From: a virus
DNA: 6,894 bases
IMG/VR virus record: IMGVR_UViG_3300029199_000161
Span: 1-6,894 of that record
Reading direction: 5' to 3' (one strand)
Both the position numbers and the translations under genes were made by a program. How positions within the stretch are numbered: the stretch's first letter is position 1; every line of letters starts with the position of its first letter. This document shows, piece after piece, positions 1 through 5,803 of the stretch. The notes beneath the pieces were generated by a model. It made no database searches, had not been told where the DNA came from, and was given only the letters and a program-made list of their open reading frames with translations.

Positions 1-109
1 CATTATGCGAAACGCCTAGTCAGAGCTTGTACCCCAGGTAGAACAGAACGCTTAGCGTGATGACAGGAGCGATCATTAGGCCCAGGCAAAGCCCAGGAAG
101 AAAGCCAGC
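1..109. repeat. Direct terminal repeat, left copy (identical to 6786-6894)
   Basis: Base-by-base comparison shows 1-109 equals 6786-6894. It contains the 3' part of the 55-aa ORF and the XerC-like arm of dif-like site B. Confidence 0.95.
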
Positions 110-187
110 GCCGAGGCTGGAGGTTTTGCGCTTGTGGCGGACTGGTGGTTTACGGTCGTGAAACCACTCGCGGTCGATAAGTCCCAT
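20..187 (-). CDS. Small membrane protein, 55 aa, in the post-assembly-gene (cargo) position
   Basis: Hand translation gives MGLIDREWFHDRKPPVRHKRKTSSLGAGFLPGLCLGLMIAPVITLSVLFYLGYKL. ATG at 187-185 follows AGGAGG with a 9-nt spacer; TGA stop at 22-20. The N-terminus is basic and the C-terminus is a hydrophobic helix. Too short for the ORF track. Confidence 0.6.
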   Translation of the reverse strand: MGLIDREWFHDRKPPVRHKRKTSSLGAGFLPGLCLGLMIAPVITLSVLFYLGYKL

Positions 188-208
188 AATTCAAAGCCTC
201 CTGATGAT

Positions 209-245
209 TAGCGGGTCCCTCCCGCAAGCGGGAGCCCTCCCGCTA
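209..245. other. 37-nt GC-rich imperfect palindrome (long hairpin or two tandem hairpins) between the pI stop and the 55-aa ORF
   Basis: The sequence is TAGCGGG-tcc-CTCCCGC-aa-GCGGGAG-ccct-CCCGCTA. The outer 7-bp arms (209-215/239-245) and inner 7-bp arms (219-225/228-234) are complementary. Alternative tandem hairpins are 211-225 and 227-244. It overlaps the TAG stop of the pI gene. Confidence 0.5.
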
Positions 246-1376
246 ACCATCATTCTGCTTTGCCGGGAGGTTGCCTGCCAGCGAAACGGTTGGAAGTCCG
301 GAAACTACGTATCCCAAATCGTAACCCTTGAACGCTAGCGCTATGACAGTCGGTGACTGGTAGCTGATGGTGTAGCCGGTTTCCTCGAGATCTCGAAACG
401 ACACCTGCCGAATAGGTTGGCCGTTCTGGCTAATCGTCACATAGCCATTTAGGTAGCTGGTGGAGTCGTCACGCTGGCCACGCATGACGGCTGCTAGATG
501 GAACGTAAAGCCTTGGTAAGGGTGGATCTGTTTGTCAGGTCCCCGCGGTGCTGGCGGTGTCGATGGTGTGGATTGTTCAGGCTGCGGAGCAGCTGCAACA
601 GCAGCGATCGGGGCTGGCTGTGCGTAGATCGGGTCAACCATCACGACTGGTTCTGGCTCTTTCTTGCCCATGAAGCCAGTGATGTAAACGACCATGCCCA
701 GGAACAGCACAAGGCAGATAACAGCCCCCTTAAACGGCCAGCGCTTCCAAAGCGGAACGATATCGTTAGCCAGTGCTTCAGTGGCGAACCCGGTGGACTT
801 GGTGTGCGATTTGTAGAGCGGGAAGAACTTGCCCTCATATTCGCGAACGGTGGTGTTGACTACCTCGCCGCGAATACCGTCCTGAACCTTCCTGATGTAT
901 CGATCATTGGAGCCGAACGCCGTGGCCTTCTTGCAGCGATAGACCAGCTGCACAGCGTCACGGATAGCTTGGTTGATTTTGCCGTACGACTGCGTAATCA
1001 GCAGGATATCCGCGACCTCGTGACGGTGTTCGGCATACCACTCCTCAACAGCGACTGGCGTTCCGATTCGCGGCAAAGATTTGTGGCACTCATCGATGAT
1101 GTAGAGCGGACCGACGCCGGTTTCGGGGTGCCGCCAAGGGTCGCCGTAATCAGAAAGTTGCGAGAACGCATGAATGGTTTTTCCGTCGATAACCAGAGGA
1201 CGGCGAATCTCGATATTGCGGCTGCAACCGGGAAAATAGTGCTCCCACATATCGAGCCGGAGCGGCAGGTTGGTAATGACCTTCCTGCCCTGCTCCACTA
1301 CCGCTGGGATTACGTGGAACGCAACAGACTCATAGGACTTGCCGCCACCTGGTTGACCAAGCATCAGATTGATCAT
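243..1376 (-). CDS. Phage assembly ATPase, pI / Zot family (P-loop NTPase with a central TM helix)
   Basis: 377-aa ORF. An N-terminal Walker A motif GQPGGGKS follows MINLML, and LYIIDECH is Walker B-like. The hydrophobic helix AVICLVLFLGMVVYITGFMG is followed by a Pro-rich linker and a C-terminal domain. Its position after the pVI-like gene matches Ff gene I and CTXphi zot. The ATG overlaps the upstream stop (TAATG). Confidence 0.9.
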   Translation of the reverse strand: MINLMLGQPGGGKSYESVAFHVIPAVVEQGRKVITNLPLRLDMWEHYFPGCSRNIEIRRPLVIDGKTIHAFSQLSDYGDPWRHPETGVGPLYIIDECHKSLPRIGTPVAVEEWYAEHRHEVADILLITQSYGKINQAIRDAVQLVYRCKKATAFGSNDRYIRKVQDGIRGEVVNTTVREYEGKFFPLYKSHTKSTGFATEALANDIVPLWKRWPFKGAVICLVLFLGMVVYITGFMGKKEPEPVVMVDPIYAQPAPIAAVAAAPQPEQSTPSTPPAPRGPDKQIHPYQGFTFHLAAVMRGQRDDSTSYLNGYVTISQNGQPIRQVSFRDLEETGYTISYQSPTVIALAFKGYDLGYVVSGLPTVSLAGNLPAKQNDG

Positions 1377-1714
1377 TATGAACCCCAGCGTACGAACGGA
1401 ATGGTCTGAAGGATGAACCGGACAACTAGCGCCGCGACGATCATAGATATCGCTTGAGGCACACCGATGTAGCCCATTAGCTGCGAGGTTTCTTGAGGAA
1501 TCATCGCGTAGTACATCTGCGGATCGAACGGAATTGATATCGCAGCAAGCGCGCCGGAGGCGATGCCCAGGAGCGAATCAAACACCCAAACAAAGGCATC
1601 AGTGATGAGGTTCCAGATGTCTTTGAATATCTGAAGAAAGACATCGAGAAACCATTTTGCGAACCCGGCAATCTTCGCTAATAGCGTGGTGAAGAAACTA
1701 AATATCCCGCTCAT
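1376..1714 (-). CDS. pVI-like minor virion / membrane protein, 112 aa
   Basis: The ORF-track start at 1726 is a TTG. The ATG at 1714-1712 is preceded by GGAGG with a 5-nt spacer and lies 1 nt after the pIII-like stop (TGAtATG). The protein MSGIFSFFTTLLAKIAGF... is very hydrophobic with several predicted helices. It is syntenic with Ff gene VI, between gene III and gene I. Confidence 0.65.
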   Translation of the reverse strand: MSGIFSFFTTLLAKIAGFAKWFLDVFLQIFKDIWNLITDAFVWVFDSLLGIASGALAAISIPFDPQMYYAMIPQETSQLMGYIGVPQAISMIVAALVVRFILQTIPFVRWGS

Positions 1715-1715
1715 A

Positions 1716-3086
1716 TCAGCCTCCAAACATCAGGGCACGGCAAAGAAACGCCGCCGAAACCAGCAGCACTACCTTGATGAAATCAAAGACCCAACACAGA
1801 GTTTGGAAATCATGAACGCCGAAGTTGGCCCAAGATGCAATGTTGACGTTGATTGACCATGCTGGACAACTACCGGAGAACGAAGGAACGAACGAACCAA
1901 GGAAATCCATGAACGCGCTGTCTTTAAACTCAGCGGAACGAGTATTCCAAACGCCCTCTAGACCGTCCGGATATTTTTGCTGGTAGAACGGTTCAACCTC
2001 AGGGAATGGGGAATCGTTAAACGTGCCATCCTCTAGCTCATCCTTTGGTTCAGCGCCAACAACGGGACCGGTATCTTCCGTTATATCGGTTGATTGCGAG
2101 CCATCGGGATTGGTCGTAGTAGTTGTTGTTTTATCACGGGATACAACTCCGTCTGGGTTCGAATAATCAAGATCGGTCTGAGTTGTTTTTGTTGTAGTAG
2201 TGGTTCCGAGCGGACCAGATGTAGTGGTTGTAGTCTGCGTGCTTGGCAAGCTGGCAGGGCCGGTTAAAGTTGGATTGGTTGGAAAACTGCCAAGACATGT
2301 GGGCGAGCCGCCGCAAAGGTCAAACCAAAAATCTCTTACAGCATCTGGCGAAGGGTCAGATGCGGGAATAGCTGACTCTAGGTCGGACCAGTTACTTTCA
2401 GAGAACGGGAGGGATGCAGTTGGATTACATGCATTATCTTTTACGCCGTAGGGACAGTTTTCAACGTATTGAGTGAAAGTGCCAATGTATGTTCTTCCAA
2501 GAACGGAGCCTCCAGCGCCACGGATTTCGCCATAGCAATCTGTTCTAAGCGTGGTGGAGCCGGGCTGGAGCTTTCCCCAATACGTTGCATTAGCACTTGA
2601 AGCAAAGCCGGAACAAGCAGACTGAAGACCGTCTAGAGCATATCGAGAGGTACCGCCCTGCCATGTGTAGTATCTGAGTTCGTCTGGTTCGCCAGCAAGG
2701 ATCAGCTCACCTTCGTGAACCTTTGCACCAGGAATCATGGCGATAGCACCGGTGATTACGGCGCCTGCTATTAACTTTGGCGGTGAACTGTTTTTGAGAA
2801 CGGTAACAGCAGTACGAGCGAGAGCACCAACGGAAAGAGTGGCACCACGATTGACAGCGATGGACATGCCGCCCATTGCTAGCTGAACTTGCGACTTGAG
2901 AAGCATCGTCCCAAGCTGCTGAGAGCGTAGAACTGTGAGGCCGGACGGCATAACACCGGACGGACCGGCTGCAAGGGCTTTGGCGATACTTGGGACGGGG
3001 TGAAGTGTTGCGGCTGTTACGGAGGGAGACGCGATTGTAGCGAGGATTATTAGAAACGCTGTTGTGTACCTAGAATAAATGCCCAT
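1716..3086 (-). CDS. pIII-like adsorption / minor coat protein, 456 aa
   Basis: It has an N-terminal signal-peptide-like segment (MGIYSRYTTAFLIILATIASPSVTAAT) and Cys-containing N-terminal domains. Two Thr-rich low-complexity linkers (TQTTTTTSGPLGTTTTTKTTQT and KTTTTTTNPDG) are followed by a C-terminal hydrophobic anchor (FIKVVLLVSAAFLCRALMFGG). This is the largest gene and lies downstream of the coat gene, as in Ff gene III. Confidence 0.75.
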   Translation of the reverse strand: MGIYSRYTTAFLIILATIASPSVTAATLHPVPSIAKALAAGPSGVMPSGLTVLRSQQLGTMLLKSQVQLAMGGMSIAVNRGATLSVGALARTAVTVLKNSSPPKLIAGAVITGAIAMIPGAKVHEGELILAGEPDELRYYTWQGGTSRYALDGLQSACSGFASSANATYWGKLQPGSTTLRTDCYGEIRGAGGSVLGRTYIGTFTQYVENCPYGVKDNACNPTASLPFSESNWSDLESAIPASDPSPDAVRDFWFDLCGGSPTCLGSFPTNPTLTGPASLPSTQTTTTTSGPLGTTTTTKTTQTDLDYSNPDGVVSRDKTTTTTTNPDGSQSTDITEDTGPVVGAEPKDELEDGTFNDSPFPEVEPFYQQKYPDGLEGVWNTRSAEFKDSAFMDFLGSFVPSFSGSCPAWSINVNIASWANFGVHDFQTLCWVFDFIKVVLLVSAAFLCRALMFGG

Positions 3087-3172
3087 CCGCCTATCACTCC
3101 ACCAAGAAACACCAACGAATAAGCAAGCATCGCTAGATCGGTGGCGGTTAATGCTAGTACTTGCTCTTCCAT
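3050..3172 (-). CDS. Small hydrophobic protein, 40 aa; candidate pVII/pIX-like virion-tip protein
   Basis: Hand translation gives MEEQVLALTATDLAMLAYSLVFLGGVIGGWAFILGTQQRF. GGAGG lies in GAGGGGAGGAAACTCCCCTTCATTAAATATG upstream of the ATG at 3172-3170. Its 3' end overlaps the pIII-like start by 37 nt. The pattern loosely recalls Ff pVII (MEQV...LGIIAGGQR, from memory). Confidence 0.5.
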   Translation of the reverse strand: MEEQVLALTATDLAMLAYSLVFLGGVIGGWAFILGTQQRF

Positions 3173-3181
3173 ATTTAATGA

Positions 3182-3199
3182 AGGGGAGTTTCCTCCCCT
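3182..3199 (-). terminator. Stem-loop just downstream of the major coat gene; possible attenuator/terminator
   Basis: AGGGGAG-tttc-CTCCCCT forms a 7-bp GC-rich stem with a 4-nt loop, 13 nt after the coat stop. On the coding strand it is followed by TCATTAAAT, a weak U-tract. Ff phages carry a terminator after gene VIII. It also embeds the SD of the next ORF. Confidence 0.35.
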
Positions 3200-3211
3200 C
3201 CCCCTAGGCAC

Positions 3212-3346
3212 TTAGGCCTTCTTGACGCCGCGCTTGCCGAGGTCAATGCCTTTGAACGCCATGGTGATTCCGATGATCAGAACACCAGTAGCAACAACCC
3301 AAGCGGTAACAGTGGTCAGGTCTACGGCAGCGAATACTTCAGTCAT
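3212..3346 (-). CDS. Major coat protein, 44 aa, without a cleavable signal peptide (Pf3-type)
   Basis: Hand translation gives MTEVFAAVDLTTVTAWVVATGVLIIGITMAFKGIDLGKRGVKKA. It has an acidic N-terminus (E3, D9), a hydrophobic core and a basic C-terminus (K, KR, KK). This gene has the best SD in the genome (AAGGAG, 8-nt spacer). A hairpin follows it, and it sits just upstream of the adsorption gene. Confidence 0.8.
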   Translation of the reverse strand: MTEVFAAVDLTTVTAWVVATGVLIIGITMAFKGIDLGKRGVKKA

Positions 3347-3359
3347 TTTTGAAACTCCT

Positions 3360-3491
3360 TTAGATCTTACGAATGACGCCAATAGCGACGCCGAGGGTTA
3401 GTCCCATCGTCCAAAGTCCGACAGTGACAAGAAAGCCAGCGGAAAACACCGTTGAAACACATTCAGTTGTTAGTGCGGCGGTGCATTCCAC
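3360..3491 (-). CDS. Small coat-like hydrophobic protein, 43 aa (GTG start); candidate minor coat protein
   Basis: Hand translation gives (M)ECTAALTTECVSTVFSAGFLVTVGLWTMGLTLGVAIGVIRKI. GTG at 3491-3489 lies 9 nt after GGAG, with an in-frame TAA just upstream. The TAA stop at 3362-3360 abuts the SD of the coat gene. Acidic N-terminus, TM core, basic RK tail. Confidence 0.5.
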   Translation of the reverse strand: MECTAALTTECVSTVFSAGFLVTVGLWTMGLTLGVAIGVIRKI

Positions 3492-3522
3492 TGTTTGTTA
3501 CTCCGTTGAAACTTTTAAGCGG

Positions 3523-3666
3523 TTACCAGAGGTCAGGCTGACAATCAGCACAAACCGGACCGTCAGGATGTGTGTCAGATATTCCAAGGTGTTCCCAGCT
3601 TTCGCGGGCCCAGTCGTCTAGTTCCTGGCTGCACTCAGAACAAACTTCTTCATCGTCGTCGTCCAT
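3523..3666 (-). CDS. Small acidic 4-Cys zinc-ribbon-like protein, 47 aa
   Basis: Hand translation gives MDDDDEEVCSECSQELDDWARESWEHLGISDTHPDGPVCADCQPDLW. The two CxxC pairs are 26 residues apart. The ATG lies 13 nt after the SSB stop, with no strong SD, so reinitiation is plausible. It fills an otherwise empty gap on the coding strand. Confidence 0.5.
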   Translation of the reverse strand: MDDDDEEVCSECSQELDDWARESWEHLGISDTHPDGPVCADCQPDLW

Positions 3667-3679
3667 GGGTCACCGGGAA

Positions 3680-3985
3680 TTAGTTAGCGCCTGCAACTTT
3701 GGCGGGGGCTGATTGCATCTGCTGAGGAGCGGAAATGCGGCGACCTTGGCGAGGGTCAACTTCGAAGTTGATGCGGTCGTCTTTGATCGAGCAGCTTATG
3801 TCGCACTCATAATGGCCGACAGGCAGAACTTCATTCTGCGATGCTGCGTAGTAGCTGAACTTCTGCGGATAAGGGACACCCGGCAGATGGGCGAACGCTT
3901 CGGCCATCCAGTAGGGCTTGCCGGACTTGGCGGCAGTACCGGTGCGGAAGTTGCCGGTGGTTTCAATTTTGATAGTCATAGCCAT
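3680..3985 (-). CDS. ssDNA-binding protein (gene V analogue), Pf3-SSB-like
   Basis: 101-aa ORF with SD AAGAGGT and a 7-nt spacer. The segment RTGTAAKSGKPYWMAEAFAHLPGVPYPQ...LPVGHY resembles the recalled Pf3 SSB (RQGTSAKGNPYTFQEGFLHLEDKPFPLQ...IPAGSY). Its position between the replication and coat modules is canonical. Confidence 0.75.
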   Translation of the reverse strand: MAMTIKIETTGNFRTGTAAKSGKPYWMAEAFAHLPGVPYPQKFSYYAASQNEVLPVGHYECDISCSIKDDRINFEVDPRQGRRISAPQQMQSAPAKVAGAN

Positions 3986-3997
3986 GGGTGTTACCTC

Positions 3998-4228
3998 TTA
4001 AAAGCCGAACAAATCGGCAACGCAGGGAGTGCCACGCTCTTGGCGATCCAAGAACCATTGGCGTTCGGGCTTGATGCCCTGGGACTGGCGAGCGTCAACG
4101 GCTGCCAGGGTTTCGTTTACTTGCTGTTGCAGGATCGGGTTTACGAACGCCCTAGCCTGCTGCTGCATTTGCATCGTGCGGCGCTGGCCGGCGGTTAGCT
4201 GGGTGCCTTGGAAGCTCACTGTGCGCAT
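3998..4228 (-). CDS. Hypothetical Gln-rich protein, 76 aa
   Basis: The ORF sits on the coding strand, tightly packed. Its TAA stop is immediately followed by the SD of the SSB gene (TAAGAGGT), and its ATG overlaps the upstream ORF by 13 nt. I recognise no motif. Confidence 0.55.
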   Translation of the reverse strand: MRTVSFQGTQLTAGQRRTMQMQQQARAFVNPILQQQVNETLAAVDARQSQGIKPERQWFLDRQERGTPCVADLFGF

Positions 4229-4470
4229 GACTGAACCGCCGATTTAAAAGATTCATCGAAGGCCTGCGAAAGCAGGTCGAGCATCTCGACTTGGGTGTAA
4301 GTGACCAGGGCGAGCGACACCGCAATGCCGAGAAAAAACGGAAACGCCCAGTTCATCGAGACGAAGCGCAGAGTGCGGAAATAGATGCGCGCCTGAGTCC
4401 TCATGAGCGAGCCCATTCGCCGAGCTGGTAAACGGTGTAGCAACCGGCGAAGTAAGTACCGAGAAGCCAT
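4216..4470 (-). CDS. Hypothetical small membrane protein; start uncertain (84 aa from ATG 4470; alternatives at 4416, 4404, 4356)
   Basis: The C-terminal part MNWAFPFFLGIAVSLALVTYTQVEMLDLLSQAFDESF has one TM helix and coding-like codons. The segment upstream of it is basic (RTQARIYFRTLRF). No candidate start has a clear SD. The GTG-initiated N-terminal third of the 141-aa track ORF (4471-4641) is judged to be a shadow of the 58-aa ORF. Confidence 0.4.
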   Translation of the reverse strand: MASRYLLRRLLHRLPARRMGSLMRTQARIYFRTLRFVSMNWAFPFFLGIAVSLALVTYTQVEMLDLLSQAFDESFKSAVQSCAQ

Positions 4471-4483
4471 GCAGTGGCGGCGA

Positions 4484-4660
4484 TCATTGATCGAACTCCA
4501 CGCGAAAAAACCAAAGAGGATCGTGAAAGCCACTAAGCTCATGGTCGGAGCAGTAGTTGAAACCGCTGGTGGCATGGTCCTGGGCGTCGTGAAGTTCGTG
4601 AGCAGGAACGTCATAATCGACGTCGCAACCGCAAACGGCACACTGTGATTTGACGATCAT
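4484..4660 (-). CDS. Small acidic Cys/His-rich protein, 58 aa, translationally coupled to the replication gene
   Basis: The ATG at 4660-4658 overlaps the rep TGA at 4659-4657 (ATGA). Translation gives MIVKSQCAVCGCDVDYDVPAHELHDAQDHATSGFNYCSDHELSGFHDPLWFFRVEFDQ, with CxxC then CxxH 27 residues later. First-codon-position G enrichment favours this frame over the overlapping 141-aa frame. Confidence 0.5.
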   Translation of the reverse strand: MIVKSQCAVCGCDVDYDVPAHELHDAQDHATSGFNYCSDHELSGFHDPLWFFRVEFDQ

Positions 4661-5790
4661 GCGGCCACCTGCAAATGGTTCGGGCGCTGGTACCAGCTCG
4701 GGATCGGCAGGACGGTCGACTTGGTAATTTCGCGGGCCTGACGGACGAAGACCGGCGCGAAGCGGCTGGTGTCGCAGGCGTTGCGGATGTTGATGCCGAT
4801 GCGGTTGAGGCGGGCTGCGTGGGTCTGTACTTGGGACTTTGAGAAGTCGAACTGCTGACCATGCATCCACTGAATTGCATACATGGCCGTGGTGTTAGCG
4901 GCGCGGGTGTTTTCGACAATTTGCTCAGCTAAGAGCTGTTCAGATATGGAAACGATGTCCATCGCGGTCACCTTCAATCGCTCATCAATTCTCAAAAACT
5001 CGTCGTGGAGTTCGGCAAAACGCCGCTCATCAAAGAGGCCCCAATAGGCGAGGCATTCACGCTGCAAAAATTCGTTCTTCAGTTCCTGTTCCATGCGAAC
5101 GACGCCATGAAAGGCGCAGTAGTCGCGGACGCGCTGCACATACAGAAACTCGGGGGATTGATCGCCGTAGAGGCGCTTGATCTTCGGGAGAAGATTCTCG
5201 TCTAGCTCGAAAGCCTTGTCGTAAGCCTTGCGGTACTGGAGGCGCCCGCCTTTGCCGTTGCCCTTCGGAGTCCACGCAACAGTGCGACCGTTGGGATACA
5301 AAAAGCCGATGCTGTGGCCGATGCGTTGGGAGGAAACACCACGCAGATAGGCCAGCACGTTGCCCTCTCCTACCGATACGTTGGTGGTCAAGTCGATACG
5401 CTCGATCTTTGCACCATCTGCAACACGGTCGCCGGACTTAGAACCGGAAACACCATCACGTAGATCGACGCGAGTGCAGCGGGTAAACCCGGGCAGGCCG
5501 TACTCAGCAAGAAGCTGGTTGTAGACCGAAACACACTGTTCGATGGTCGAGAAACCGAACAGGTTATCGAGGCGCCCTACCCGGCTTGGGTTGCCCTCAA
5601 CGCGAATTTTCCGGCCCTGAACGTGAATAGTGACCGAGGTCGAAAAGCTGGCCTCATGCTTGAAACGAGGCTGGCGGGTGGAAAGCACTTCATTCGTATT
5701 GGTGTCGATTGTGATCGTCATCACATCGCAAACGACGGGAAGGTCGAAAGCGTGTTCCTGCGAAATCGTGAGCCAATCAATGAAGTGCAT
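4657..5790 (-). CDS. Rolling-circle replication initiation protein, Ff gene II / phage CRI family
   Basis: 377 aa from ATG 5790 (MHFIDWLTI...). Blocks recall fd gene II from memory: GNPSRVGRLDNLFGF vs ASPAKVLQGHNVFGT, IERIDLTTNV vs ISRIDATFSA, GVVRMEQELK vs GLVRFEARIK. The ORF-track start at 5856 is a GTG that adds 22 Cys/Arg-rich residues across the operator region, so I did not use it. Confidence 0.85.
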   Translation of the reverse strand: MHFIDWLTISQEHAFDLPVVCDVMTITIDTNTNEVLSTRQPRFKHEASFSTSVTIHVQGRKIRVEGNPSRVGRLDNLFGFSTIEQCVSVYNQLLAEYGLPGFTRCTRVDLRDGVSGSKSGDRVADGAKIERIDLTTNVSVGEGNVLAYLRGVSSQRIGHSIGFLYPNGRTVAWTPKGNGKGGRLQYRKAYDKAFELDENLLPKIKRLYGDQSPEFLYVQRVRDYCAFHGVVRMEQELKNEFLQRECLAYWGLFDERRFAELHDEFLRIDERLKVTAMDIVSISEQLLAEQIVENTRAANTTAMYAIQWMHGQQFDFSKSQVQTHAARLNRIGINIRNACDTSRFAPVFVRQAREITKSTVLPIPSWYQRPNHLQVAA

Positions 5791-5803
5791 AAAACGGCTT
5801 CCA

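Noticed and set aside
1-13. The window origin lying 2 nt from the XerC arm of dif-like site B, read as evidence of an excision junction
   Set aside because: It is suggestive, but a 109-bp exact overlap is better explained by circular-assembly redundancy. The offset could be coincidence, so it is only noted inside the terminal-repeat finding.
641-838. 65-aa minus-strand ORF in an alternative frame inside the pI gene
   Set aside because: It is embedded in a confidently assigned frame, the sequence is low-complexity and Ser/Arg-rich, and it has no SD.
243-1376. Calling the Zot-family gene a toxin
   Set aside because: Family membership reflects the conserved assembly ATPase. Nothing in the sequence supports enterotoxin activity, so it is annotated only as an assembly protein.
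498-1409. 303-aa plus-strand ORF
   Set aside because: It is entirely antisense to the pI/Zot-family gene, whose Walker motifs identify the true frame. The translation is Arg/Cys/Trp-rich and has no motifs, which is typical of a shadow ORF.
2200-2451. 83-aa plus-strand ORF
   Set aside because: It is antisense to the Thr-rich linker region of the pIII-like gene. Its Val-run composition mirrors the ACC/ACT repeats of the real frame.
3373-3621. 82-aa plus-strand ORF
   Set aside because: It is antisense to two compact minus-strand micro-ORFs that have proper SD/start/stop context and protein-like features. It lies on the strand opposite the whole operon.
3713-4247. 161-aa and 72-aa plus-strand ORFs
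   Set aside because: Both are antisense to the SSB gene and the 76-aa ORF. The SSB frame is supported by similarity to the Pf3 SSB and by a strong SD.
4403-4919. An 81-aa plus-strand ORF, the 128-aa and 102-aa minus-strand ORFs, and the GTG-initiated first 57 codons of the 141-aa ORF
   Set aside because: The 102-aa ORF and the N-terminal part of the 128-aa ORF lie in alternative frames inside rep. Only the last 58 codons of the 128-aa ORF, which start with ATGA coupling to the rep stop, are kept. The plus-strand ORF and the N-terminus of the 141-aa ORF look like RNY-mirror and frame shadows of that 58-aa ORF. This judgement is moderately uncertain.
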